A stretch of DNA of 64,000 nt, taken from a bacterium (lineage in GTDB: Bacteria > CLD3 > SB21). How positions within the stretch are numbered: the first letter of the stretch is position 1; every line of letters starts with the position of its first letter. The stretch covers positions 62,001 through 126,000 of the forward strand of contig JABWCP010000009.1 of the NCBI GenBank assembly GCA_013360215.1, given 5' to 3'. Of the stretch, positions 43,854-53,770 are shown one piece after another. The notes below the pieces were generated by a model that was not told where the DNA came from, made no database searches, and saw only the letters and a program-made list of their open reading frames with translations. The translations under genes were made by a program, and so were the position numbers.

Positions 43854-45110
43854 ATGAATCAGGAGCATTCCCGCTTCATCACTATAAATCCTATTGATCC
43901 TCGTATCAGAGAGGTTTTCGTACGACGTATGCAACGATTTTGGGAAACGCGTTTCTACCGCCGTTTCAAGCGGCGCGCTCTTGAAATAGCCAACAACACC
44001 TACGTTCAGATTTTTACCGGCATTTTGCTCTGCGTACATATCGGCGGACTCCTGATTAGTTTCTTCGAAGACACTTCGGCGAATCAAGCTTCGACGGCTA
44101 TCCGAACCTGGTATGAAGGTATTTGGTGGGCGTTTGTCACCGTTTTTACCATCGGTTATGGAGATTATTTTCCGATAACGACCGGCGGTCGTTTTTTAGC
44201 CGTGATGATCATGGTAAGCGGTGTTGCTCTGATTTCACTCTTAACTGCTACGATTTCCTCCGCGTTTGTCGAACAACGTATCCGAAAGGGCCAAGGTTTG
44301 GAAAAAGTAAAACTCAAAGGCCACGTGGTGATTTGTGGCTGGAATTTTAACGTCGAGTCCATCATCAAAACACTTGAAGCCGAACTCGACTATCCTTCGA
44401 TCGTATTGGTCAATTCCTGCGATCCTTCACCGATCGGTGAAATCATCAATGCGCATACGAATTCGGAAATCAGTTTCGTCGCCGGCGATTTTTCGAAGGA
44501 CGCCATATTGGACAAGGCCAACATCCGGCACGCCGAATGCGTGATCGTCGTAGCCGACTCCAACGAACTCACCAGCAATAAGGCCGACGAAAAAACGATC
44601 ATCACCGTTCTTACGGTCAAAAACATGAACCCCAAAATTCGCGTTTTTGCCCATGTGATCAATCCCGACAACGCCCCGCATCTCCGGCGCGCCAAAGCGG
44701 ATGATATCGTCATCTCCGACAAATACAGCGGCTTTTTACTCGCCATGCATGTTACGAATCCCGGTGTGCCACGGCTTTTCGATGAACTTCTTTCCATCGA
44801 AGGCAACGAGATCGTGCGACTTCCTATCCCGGATACATTTATCGGTAAACCCTTTTGGGAACTGACCAACCACTACAAAGATAAAAACGATTGCATGTTG
44901 ATCGGGATCGCTCAGGAAACACGAACGATTGCTATGGACGATCTCTTATCGGATGACAATTCGTATTTGGATCAATTTATTCGCGCCAAACTTCAGGAAT
45001 CCGGCAAACGTTTTGCCGAAGAAGAGCGCGTCAAAATAAAACTCAATCCCTCGAAAGACCTTGTGATCGAAAACAATATGGTGGCCGTGGTATTGGGTAA
45101 TAAATTTTAA
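43854..45110 (+). CDS. 2-TM potassium channel with RCK domain
   Basis: Selectivity filter TVFTIGYGD; RCK motifs HVVICGWN and GDFSKDAILDKANI. Confidence 0.92.
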   Translation: MNQEHSRFITINPIDPRIREVFVRRMQRFWETRFYRRFKRRALEIANNTYVQIFTGILLCVHIGGLLISFFEDTSANQASTAIRTWYEGIWWAFVTVFTIGYGDYFPITTGGRFLAVMIMVSGVALISLLTATISSAFVEQRIRKGQGLEKVKLKGHVVICGWNFNVESIIKTLEAELDYPSIVLVNSCDPSPIGEIINAHTNSEISFVAGDFSKDAILDKANIRHAECVIVVADSNELTSNKADEKTIITVLTVKNMNPKIRVFAHVINPDNAPHLRRAKADDIVISDKYSGFLLAMHVTNPGVPRLFDELLSIEGNEIVRLPIPDTFIGKPFWELTNHYKDKNDCMLIGIAQETRTIAMDDLLSDDNSYLDQFIRAKLQESGKRFAEEERVKIKLNPSKDLVIENNMVAVVLGNKF

Positions 45111-45131
45111 TCGTCAAAAACCGGATGATTT

Positions 45132-45638
45132 ATGCTTGAAGTAGAATTCTTAAAAAAATTTCCGCTTTTCAACGGTCTCAGCGATTCGCAGCTGGGAAAA
45201 CTTAAATCCATCATGAGCGAAACGGATTTCGCGGCTCATCAAGTCGTAATTCGCGACGGTGATCATGGCGAAGAAATGTTTGTACTTTTAGACGGTGATG
45301 TCGAAATTTCCAAACCCATGATGCTTAAAGTGGAAACCGAGATGGCCAAGGGCAAAGATAAATCGCTGATTCGTCTCAGTTCCAAGTTTTATGCCTGCTT
45401 CGGCGAAATGGCTTTGTTCGAAGAAAAGAGCGAACGCTCCGCTACGGTAACCACCGTGACCCATTGCCAAATGGCTATCATCACGCGGCATGATTTCACG
45501 AAACTCGTTGAAACGGATTACGAACTCGGCTATATTATTTTTAGGAATATGGCCAAGATTATCAGCGACCGTTTGAAGAAAGCGAACAAGGATATCCTGA
45601 AACTAACCACGGCGTTCGTTTTGGCCGTACAACAATGA
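45132..45638 (+). CDS. Stand-alone cyclic nucleotide-binding domain protein
   Basis: PLFNGL, GDHGEEMFVLLDGDVEI, FGEMAL...RSATV; no HTH. Confidence 0.9.
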   Translation: MLEVEFLKKFPLFNGLSDSQLGKLKSIMSETDFAAHQVVIRDGDHGEEMFVLLDGDVEISKPMMLKVETEMAKGKDKSLIRLSSKFYACFGEMALFEEKSERSATVTTVTHCQMAIITRHDFTKLVETDYELGYIIFRNMAKIISDRLKKANKDILKLTTAFVLAVQQ

Positions 45639-45666
45639 ATGGTATTATTTTTCCGACGGAGTCCCG

Positions 45667-47259
45667 ATGCCTGCTCATGACCTTTTGGTCACCGCGATCC
45701 TGTTACTATTCATTGCGATTATCGTTTCGATCGGTATTCGCCGTATCCGTTTGCCCTACAGCATCGGCTTAGTCGTTGCGGGTTTTGCCGTCGGTTATCT
45801 CCGCGTTGTTCCTTCGTTTTCCATCACCCCCGAATTAGTTTTTTACATTTTCCTCCCGCCGCTTCTTTTTGATGCCGGTTTTAATGCAAACCTGACTAAT
45901 CTTAAGCAGAACTGGAAAATCATATTTACGCTGGCCGTACCCGGCACGATCGTGTCGGTCGCGCTGGTCGGTTCGATCGCACATTATGCCATGGATGTTC
46001 CCTGGATGTCGGCCTTACTTTTTGGCGCTCTGATCGTTCCGACAGATACCGTTTCGATTCTATCCGTATTTAAAGAACTCAAAATTCCCACACGTCTCTC
46101 CACCATCGTCGAAGGCGAGAGTTTGTTCAATGATGGAACGGCCATCATCGTATTCAAACTTATTCTCGGGCTTATCCTTGCCGAGCAGTACAATGTCACT
46201 GATATCAATTATGCTTCGTTTTCGTGGCACTTGCTTTTATCGTATACGGGCGGGCTTTTGCTGGGTGCCGCTGTAGGTTACGGTGCCGGTTGGCTTATGC
46301 GCCGTCTCAAAGATCCGCTTGTCGAGATCATGTTCACGGTAATGCTGGTTTACGGTATGTACATCGTTGCCGAAAAAATCGAAATCTCCAGCATTATTGC
46401 GGTGGTGACGGCTTCTATGATGATCGGCCATTACCGGCAAAAACTCGGTATGTCACCAACGACACAGATCGCACTTTCATCGTTTTGGAATTTTACTGCA
46501 TTTGCGATCAATTCGATATTATTTATTCTGATCGGGCTACAGCTTAACTTTAATAACCTGCTCGAAAATATCGGCATCATTCTGATCGGGCTTTTGGCTG
46601 TCAATATCGGACGTATCGCTTTCATTTACCCCTTTTCAAACATTCTCAATATTTTTCTTGGTCGAAGTGCTTCAACCAAACACGCCGTTATACCGATCAA
46701 ATGGCAACACGTCATGGCGCTCGGTAACCTCAAAGGATCGCTCTCGATGGCACTCGTCATTAGTTTGCCGGAATCGCTGTTGTATAAAAACCAACTAATG
46801 ACCCTGACATTTGGGATCGTTTTTCTTTCGCTCGTTATCCAAGGCACAACTTTGCGTCCGATTTTACGTAGATTTCAATTGCAAACAATACCACCCGAGC
46901 AGATCGAATTTGATAAACGGCAAGGCTTGATTCTTTCGGCGAAGGCCGTTTTGGCCTCATTACAATCGGAATATACGAGCGGCATGATTACCACTTCGGT
47001 TTATAATACATTAAAAGAGCAATACGAATTTACCATCGAAAATGCGGAAAAGAGCCTCCATCGTTTGCAGGAAAAAAATCCGTCTTTAGCGGATGCACAC
47101 TTGCAGTCTGCTTATTATCAGATGTTGATCCTTCAGCGTACCGTCATACAAAACGCACAGACGCACAATATCATCAGCGATGATGCGGCGGCGGATTTGT
47201 TGAAAAATTTTGACCAACAGATGGCCGCGCTCACGTGGAGCAATCAGGATAAAAGTTAA
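45667..47259 (+). CDS. CPA1 Na+(K+)/H+ antiporter (NhaP/NhaG-like)
   Basis: FLPPLLFDAG, PTDTVS, EGESLFNDG, QGTTL. Confidence 0.92.
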   Translation: MPAHDLLVTAILLLFIAIIVSIGIRRIRLPYSIGLVVAGFAVGYLRVVPSFSITPELVFYIFLPPLLFDAGFNANLTNLKQNWKIIFTLAVPGTIVSVALVGSIAHYAMDVPWMSALLFGALIVPTDTVSILSVFKELKIPTRLSTIVEGESLFNDGTAIIVFKLILGLILAEQYNVTDINYASFSWHLLLSYTGGLLLGAAVGYGAGWLMRRLKDPLVEIMFTVMLVYGMYIVAEKIEISSIIAVVTASMMIGHYRQKLGMSPTTQIALSSFWNFTAFAINSILFILIGLQLNFNNLLENIGIILIGLLAVNIGRIAFIYPFSNILNIFLGRSASTKHAVIPIKWQHVMALGNLKGSLSMALVISLPESLLYKNQLMTLTFGIVFLSLVIQGTTLRPILRRFQLQTIPPEQIEFDKRQGLILSAKAVLASLQSEYTSGMITTSVYNTLKEQYEFTIENAEKSLHRLQEKNPSLADAHLQSAYYQMLILQRTVIQNAQTHNIISDDAAADLLKNFDQQMAALTWSNQDKS

Positions 47260-47282
47260 TTTTATATACGAAAGAACCACCC

Positions 47283-48953
47283 ATGCACCGTTATATACTG
47301 ATCATCATTTTGATGTGCCTCAGCGCATGCGGCACACGCGCCAATATTGACATGCTTGTCGTCAACGGTAAATTTGTCACGATGGACGACGAACTAAAGA
47401 ATAACGAAATCGAATCCATCGCCATTCGCGATGGCCGGATCGTTGATATGGGCAAGGCCGAAGTGATGAAAAAAAAATATGTGGCCAATCGTATCGAAGA
47501 CGTCAAAGGTCAACTTGTGCTTCCCGGATTAATCGATGCGCATCTGCATATGCTCAATATCGGTCATTACCTTACGCAACTTGATCTTGTAGGCACGGAA
47601 TCGTACGACCAGGTCATTACGCTGGTTCGTGATCGTGTGGCGAGTACAAACAAAGGCGCATGGATTCGAGGCCGGGGTTGGGATCAAAACGATTGGTCTA
47701 AAAAAGATTTTCCCGAACATGCCGCACTGACCGCCGTTTCGCCGGATCACTTCATCGTTCTTGAGCGCGTTGACGGGCATGCGGTATTGGTTAATCAAAA
47801 TGTTTTGACAGCCGCCAAAATTAACCGTGAAACGCCCGACCCGCGGGGCGGTAAGATAATGCGCAATGCGCAGGGCGAACCCACCGGCGTACTCATAGAT
47901 AATGCGATAGACTTGCTGACACCCTATATTCCCAAATATACACTTTCCGAAGACAGTCTCGCGTTGGAAGCCGCGATGAGCGCGTGCCTCAAAGTCGGTC
48001 TCACATCCGTACATGACGCCGGCGTTGATACCAATCATATTGACGTGTATAAAGAATTGGGACGCCGCAATAAACTTCGCGTGCGGGTTTATGCCATGCT
48101 CAATGGCTTTGATCGCCGGCTTTTGGATATGTATTACAAAAAAGGCCCCGAGAAAAATCTTTTCAACCAATTCCTTACAATTGCGTCTATCAAGCTGTAT
48201 TCCGACGGTGCACTCGGTTCACGCGGCGCGGCATTGCTGGAACCGTATTCTGACAGTCCGCAATCCAAAGGCCTTGAATTGATGATGAAACCCCGCCTTG
48301 AAATCATCGCCACCGATGCGCTAAAGTGGGGCTTTCAGGTATGTACCCATGCGATCGGTGATCGCGGCAACCGCAATACGCTCGATGCTTACGAAGCCGC
48401 CATGAAAGCGGTGCCCGACAGCGCAACATATAAACGCTTTCGTATCGAACATGCCCAAGTCGTTAATGAAGCGGACATCCCGCGTTTTGCAACCCTCGGC
48501 GTGATTGCTTCGATGCAACCCACACACTGTACATCGGATATGTATTGGGCGGAAGAGCGTGTCGGCAAGGATCGTATTCGGGGTGCCTATGCCTGGCAGA
48601 AATTTATCAAAAACGGTGTGCGTTTGGCCGCCGGTTCCGATGCACCGGTCGAATCGCATAATCCATTGCTCGGTGTCTATGCGGCAGTTACGCGTCAGGA
48701 TGCCAAAGGATGGCCACCGGGCGGCTGGTATCCCGATCAAAAATTATCCATACTTGAAGCCTTACGCGCTTTTACGATAGACGCCGCTTACGCGGGTTTT
48801 GAAGAAACTCAGAAAGGCAGTCTCACTGTGGGAAAAATGGCGGACATTGTCGTTTTATCCAAAGACATTACAACTGCGGATCCGCGTGAAATTCTCAACA
48901 CCCATGTCGTGTGGACGATGGTCGGCGGCAAGATCGTATATCGCCAACCATGA
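47283..48953 (+). CDS. Amidohydrolase family 3 (YtcJ-like) lipoprotein
   Basis: Lipobox LSAC, PGLIDAHLH, DGALGSRGA, HAIGD, RIEHAQ, GSDAPVE. Confidence 0.92.
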   Translation: MHRYILIIILMCLSACGTRANIDMLVVNGKFVTMDDELKNNEIESIAIRDGRIVDMGKAEVMKKKYVANRIEDVKGQLVLPGLIDAHLHMLNIGHYLTQLDLVGTESYDQVITLVRDRVASTNKGAWIRGRGWDQNDWSKKDFPEHAALTAVSPDHFIVLERVDGHAVLVNQNVLTAAKINRETPDPRGGKIMRNAQGEPTGVLIDNAIDLLTPYIPKYTLSEDSLALEAAMSACLKVGLTSVHDAGVDTNHIDVYKELGRRNKLRVRVYAMLNGFDRRLLDMYYKKGPEKNLFNQFLTIASIKLYSDGALGSRGAALLEPYSDSPQSKGLELMMKPRLEIIATDALKWGFQVCTHAIGDRGNRNTLDAYEAAMKAVPDSATYKRFRIEHAQVVNEADIPRFATLGVIASMQPTHCTSDMYWAEERVGKDRIRGAYAWQKFIKNGVRLAAGSDAPVESHNPLLGVYAAVTRQDAKGWPPGGWYPDQKLSILEALRAFTIDAAYAGFEETQKGSLTVGKMADIVVLSKDITTADPREILNTHVVWTMVGGKIVYRQP

Positions 48954-49822
48954 AAATTCGTATTCGGATCGGAGGTTTTCTCCTTCTTTGGTACATACCG
49001 CGCCTGACGACGCAGCAGATTTTTTTGATGATCGGCGTCGTGTTATCCGTTTTGATCAATCTTGCGGCAATTTTTTTCATCGAAATCGTAGTCAATCCTA
49101 CCAAACCACCGCAACTTATCAGCGATAGCGAAAAAGCCGTTTTACTAAAATTACTTGAAGAACCGGATATGAGTAAGGTGCGTGATTTGCTTGAGCAACC
49201 GAAAGCCAACGATAAGGTCGCCCCAAAACCGGATGCTTTATCCGATCGCAATTCTACCACAGACGTCAAACCACCGGACGAAATAAAAAATTTCGGGTCG
49301 GTTGATGTGACACAAAACCAAGAACCGCGTCCTAAAACAGAAAATACAACTCCGCCGGATGAATCCACCGATGAAGATCGTTTTCAGAATAATATGAACG
49401 TACAGCCTTTTTTGAAGCGCAATACCAATCAGAAGTCCGTTTATGAGCGATTAACCGGTCAGGAAGATCCTTCGCAACAAGGATTTGCCGGACAAAATTA
49501 CGAACTCAATACGTATAAGTGGGAATTTGCTCCGTATATGCTCGCATGGAAAAATAAAATGACTTCTAATTGGTATCGCATCACATCCAAAATATTTTTC
49601 AGTCAGTTTGCACGTGTCGGAGAAATACTCATCTACGTCAAAATGAACAGACAAGGCCAATTGGTTGACTCCAAGGTCGTGGATTATAATTGCGATAAAT
49701 CCTTTGTTGCGCCCGCGTATGCGTCTGTCGTAAATAGTTTTCCGCTTGATCCATTACCGAATGATTTCCCGGAAGACATGCTAGAAACGACATGGACCAT
49801 TTCGATCACCAATCAGAATTAA
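48950..49822 (+). CDS. TonB/TolA-like single-pass protein with C-terminal TonB_C-like domain
   Basis: N-terminal TM SVLINL, P/E/K-rich linker, tail LNTYKWEFAPY...G.LV...PLPNDFP; ATGA overlap gives a start at 48950. Confidence 0.65.
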   Translation: MKIRIRIGGFLLLWYIPRLTTQQIFLMIGVVLSVLINLAAIFFIEIVVNPTKPPQLISDSEKAVLLKLLEEPDMSKVRDLLEQPKANDKVAPKPDALSDRNSTTDVKPPDEIKNFGSVDVTQNQEPRPKTENTTPPDESTDEDRFQNNMNVQPFLKRNTNQKSVYERLTGQEDPSQQGFAGQNYELNTYKWEFAPYMLAWKNKMTSNWYRITSKIFFSQFARVGEILIYVKMNRQGQLVDSKVVDYNCDKSFVAPAYASVVNSFPLDPLPNDFPEDMLETTWTISITNQN

Positions 49823-49835
49823 TCCCGCTCCCGTA

Positions 49836-50966
49836 TTATTCCAATCGGCAAATAAATCCCCATCCGCCGCCTAATTCACTGACAGCCAGGATCAACTCGT
49901 TATCCCCTTTTTTCAGAGGTATATAAAGCGCATCATTTTCGGAATCCATGATCCCCAAAAATCCCGGATCGCGAAAATACTGTGCACTGCGCCCGCGATA
50001 GAGTATTTGCCCGTTTAGGAATACGCACACTTCATCGCTGTATCCGATATACAGTTTTTTGATTTGATCGCGATCCGACGTGATTTTTGTTTTAGCATAA
50101 ACTATTTTAGAACCGGGTTGCGCTTCCAATCGTTTAGAAAAATCATTGGCAAAAGAAACCCGCAGATGCGGTGCTTCCCGATAACGATAAAGCGTCACCA
50201 TGCCCGGCGCCTCTGTTTCTACCGATTGCCATACTATTGATTTTTTCTCAGCTTGGGTCAGCGGTGATTCGACGTTACGTGACAGCGCATCCATCGACGG
50301 TGAAATTTCCCATTGCTTCAACACATTAGGCAGCATAGCCGGATGTTTTCTCACCCACGGAGCATCCGTAGTTTTTTTAACTTCGAAATTGGAAAAATAT
50401 GTCGCGCCGGTTAAAACCGCTAAAGCGATAGAGCCTTTCTGAATTCCGCTTTTTAGATCGTCCATCACCAATACCGGCTTATCCATATTTTTTACAAACA
50501 ACCGCGCTTGCGCTCCGGAAACTTCGAGCCGTAAATGGAACCACTCGTTTTTAGGTATATCCACAGCGCCGATAAATCCCGGCCCGCTGTACAGCTGCCA
50601 ATTGAGCCCCGTATTGAGGATCGGGGTATATTGCATGGCATCAGCAAGTCCTGATTTGTGTTGGCGGAGATATACCCATTCTCCGTTTACGCCGTCTTCG
50701 GATATGCGAAATTGTATCCCAAAAAAACCACGCGCCGCAGGTGTCGAAACGTCAACGTCCATAACACCGTCACGCAATTCCAAATTTTTTAAGACGGCGG
50801 CGCCGCCATTGAGAAAAACACTCTTCCGACCTTGATAATCTACAAACCCGCTTTGGCCTTGCAGATCCCATATCGTAGAATCCATAGCCATAACCTGCGA
50901 AAAAACATTTCGCGCCTGGAGGAGGCTTGTTAAAAAGAAGGCCGCAATAAAAATAAATACGCGCAT
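49836..50966 (-). CDS. Secreted hypothetical protein (concanavalin-like/DUF1080-like plus beta-sandwich)
   Basis: Signal peptide, EWFHLRLEV, C-terminal YSDEVCVFLNG...LKKGDNEL...GWGF. Confidence 0.7.
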   Translation of the reverse strand: MRVFIFIAAFFLTSLLQARNVFSQVMAMDSTIWDLQGQSGFVDYQGRKSVFLNGGAAVLKNLELRDGVMDVDVSTPAARGFFGIQFRISEDGVNGEWVYLRQHKSGLADAMQYTPILNTGLNWQLYSGPGFIGAVDIPKNEWFHLRLEVSGAQARLFVKNMDKPVLVMDDLKSGIQKGSIALAVLTGATYFSNFEVKKTTDAPWVRKHPAMLPNVLKQWEISPSMDALSRNVESPLTQAEKKSIVWQSVETEAPGMVTLYRYREAPHLRVSFANDFSKRLEAQPGSKIVYAKTKITSDRDQIKKLYIGYSDEVCVFLNGQILYRGRSAQYFRDPGFLGIMDSENDALYIPLKKGDNELILAVSELGGGWGFICRLE

Positions 50967-51117
50967 GTCGCCCCTAGGTTAAATTAATGTAATTTGTTAC
51001 GTAAATGGTACGACGTGCGGATACTATTGTTTCAAAATGAATTTAAGAAAACCGACTCCGACGAGAATCACAGACACCTATTTTATTCTAAAAAATATTC
51101 TAAAAAGCGAATTCGAT

Positions 51118-51810
51118 TCATTGCCCTGATGTCGTTAGTTTCTTCTTGGCTGTTTCATTCCAGCGGATAACCATTTGACCAAATTCATCATCTCTTTTTA
51201 ACGCCATAAAACGATTGGTCTCATCAAAAAGAAATCCATATAAACCCAACTTCATATATAGTGCGCACAAGCGATCAAAATTACTTGGTTCAAAATATAA
51301 CGAAGGAAATTTGGAAATTAGTCGTTTGAGACTTAATAACGCTGTTTCCGCATACTGATGCTCTTCAAACCAGTAGATTGCGCGCATACGCTCGGTCAAA
51401 TACGGTACAGATTGATTTTCAGCGCGTGTTTCGTTAACCCGGCCATAGGTAAGGCCAAATTTTTGATCGTTGGTTCGTTCAACCGGTTGCGAGGGAAGCT
51501 GCTCCGCTTCGATGCGCGTGATCGCAGAAACCAAGTCGCGTTTGTTATTAACAAACATATCTTCGATGTAAAAATACCCGCCGGCCGGCGCATCATATAC
51601 ATCCGTTTCGCGATAGATTTTGAGCGTGGCATCGGCTTTAGTCAAAACATATGTACGCGGCGCTATTTTTTCTTTACTCCCTAGAGGCTGCCACTTCATG
51701 GATGTAACATCCAGATACATCGCATCGCCCTTTTCGAGTTTTAGCCAAATTTCCGATTGTCCCATCAATGGTGAGGTAAGAAGAATAAAACATATCGCCT
51801 TAAAAATCAT
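51118..51810 (-). CDS. Exported protein with FecR-like N-terminal beta module and helical C-terminus
   Basis: Signal peptide; LEKGDAMY...WQPL...VLTKADATLKI pattern; overlaps the upstream gene. Confidence 0.6.
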   Translation of the reverse strand: MIFKAICFILLTSPLMGQSEIWLKLEKGDAMYLDVTSMKWQPLGSKEKIAPRTYVLTKADATLKIYRETDVYDAPAGGYFYIEDMFVNNKRDLVSAITRIEAEQLPSQPVERTNDQKFGLTYGRVNETRAENQSVPYLTERMRAIYWFEEHQYAETALLSLKRLISKFPSLYFEPSNFDRLCALYMKLGLYGFLFDETNRFMALKRDDEFGQMVIRWNETAKKKLTTSGQ

Positions 51811-53770
51811 ATACGTGTACCGTTCCATGGACTACTCCGTTTTTTTGAATCACTTCATCATAATACTGGCGCACACCTTCGCGATGCGCATGTTCAAAAC
51901 CACCGTTTATAACAGTTGTTTCCAGCGGCAACCAAATCGTCACGCGTCCGGTTTTATCGGGGCGGGCAACATATTCAAATTCGGATAAACCCAACTGATC
52001 CACGGCATTAACCGGAATACTCGTATCCACAAGCAAAAATACATGCCCTATGGAACCCGGTTTGGCAGTTGGAATATTGATATTTTCAGTGAGCGTCGGG
52101 CGAATATCCACCACGGCGCAAGCATGGCCTATAGCCATAAGATTGGTAGCCATAAATGCAACAAGGTCTTCGCAATCGCCGGACTTTTGTCGCAGTGTCT
52201 CCGAAGGATATTGCACACGTTCATTGACAAAAGTCGTGGTAGGATCGGATACATAACGTAAATTTTTGCCGACAGCCGTTACAAATTTTTTTAACGCATG
52301 AAACTTATTATGAAAATCTGAATACGCGGAATCGGTTCCTATGGTCAACAAATTACTTTTGGCAAACGATTGTATTTCAGGCTCATCCGGAGCTATAAAG
52401 TAGCGCAATCCCCACGTATCGCCATCCCAGCTATGGATATCATATAATGTCACCGGAAAACTGGACAGTGTGATGTGTTTGCCGCGTACTTCACCGGTAA
52501 TTTTCACCTGAGCCACCATGCCGGATTGTTCTACGCTCTGATCCGGTATGTAAAAAAATAAGGGCACCGATTTGATCTCATGTGGTGCTAAATCAATCGA
52601 AGACGAACGAAATATTTCGCCCCACGCACCGGCTTCGGCATGTATGACAACGCTCAGGTGTTCATCCGACGCATTATGTACATCCATCTGTCCCACCGGA
52701 TTGTATGCATAATAGGCGCGCTTGGCCGTATAAACTTTTGTCTGAAAAATTTTCATATTCACCATTTTTACGTAATCGGCAGCGCGGCTTCCTGACAAAT
52801 CATAACGCAATCCGATTTGCACCGTTTTGTGAGGCAACTGATTGGTAAGTTTTCCGCTCGATATGTCGCCGTGACGATTAAGCCATTGACGAAAATTTTG
52901 TGATCTGAAATTTTCCGCCAAATACCATGTGCTTTCGTAACCGGCAAGTAATGTGAAGCCGCCACTCAAATCGTAACTTAGATTTAATTTCCACACTTGA
53001 TAATCCGACGGCCGCAAACTTCTGTAATATTCATTGTTCACCTGTAACGCACCATATTTCAATTGTACATTACCGCCCCAAGCATCCCGGCCTACACGCG
53101 TGGTCATCGAATGCGAACGGTAACGATATTGAACATCCAAAAACCCGCTCAACTTATTTTTCAATGCATAATGCATGCTGTCGTTACCCATGCGTATCAT
53201 TCGCCAAGGCAATATGCCTGTCGTTACGGCAAACGGACCCCAATAGCTTGTCATCGCACCATAGCCTAATAGTGACGAACGGCGATGGGATGCAAATTCA
53301 TAATCCACGTAATACACTTTTGATGTCAGTTCTTTTACCAAAGTTGACACGATTTCTTCTTTTTCAACGAGAATTTGCGAACCGAAAGCAATTTCAAATC
53401 GTGCAAAACGGCGGCGCAACTCAAGAGCCGCCGGTAAATCAACCACATACGTGTGCGCATGGTTAGTGATTTGGCTACGATCCACTAATTTAACGCTGTC
53501 GGGCAACACCAACGTCGTGGTGCCGGGCATTATCGTAAAGGGTAGTTGTTGATTCATATTCACCAATACCGAAAAGCCATACAGGCCGTGATTGTGCATA
53601 TAGTGAATCCGCGATGCGACGTATTCTTTTGAAGCAAATTGGCGAGCGGTGTACTCCGATACAAACGTGAGGCGTGCATCATAACGCATAGGCCGATACG
53701 CATCCGCATCGTTTTGCGCAAAAAGTGATGCGGATACAAAAACTAACATCAATAGTCCCCATCTAGTCAT
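51800..53770 (-). CDS. Exported transglutaminase-like (papain-fold) protein with beta-strand-rich N-terminal half
   Basis: Signal peptide; YVSDP, QYPSETL..KSGDCEDL, GHVFL and LPLETT (Cys-His-Glu). Confidence 0.8.
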   Translation of the reverse strand: MTRWGLLMLVFVSASLFAQNDADAYRPMRYDARLTFVSEYTARQFASKEYVASRIHYMHNHGLYGFSVLVNMNQQLPFTIMPGTTTLVLPDSVKLVDRSQITNHAHTYVVDLPAALELRRRFARFEIAFGSQILVEKEEIVSTLVKELTSKVYYVDYEFASHRRSSLLGYGAMTSYWGPFAVTTGILPWRMIRMGNDSMHYALKNKLSGFLDVQYRYRSHSMTTRVGRDAWGGNVQLKYGALQVNNEYYRSLRPSDYQVWKLNLSYDLSGGFTLLAGYESTWYLAENFRSQNFRQWLNRHGDISSGKLTNQLPHKTVQIGLRYDLSGSRAADYVKMVNMKIFQTKVYTAKRAYYAYNPVGQMDVHNASDEHLSVVIHAEAGAWGEIFRSSSIDLAPHEIKSVPLFFYIPDQSVEQSGMVAQVKITGEVRGKHITLSSFPVTLYDIHSWDGDTWGLRYFIAPDEPEIQSFAKSNLLTIGTDSAYSDFHNKFHALKKFVTAVGKNLRYVSDPTTTFVNERVQYPSETLRQKSGDCEDLVAFMATNLMAIGHACAVVDIRPTLTENINIPTAKPGSIGHVFLLVDTSIPVNAVDQLGLSEFEYVARPDKTGRVTIWLPLETTVINGGFEHAHREGVRQYYDEVIQKNGVVHGTVHVYDF

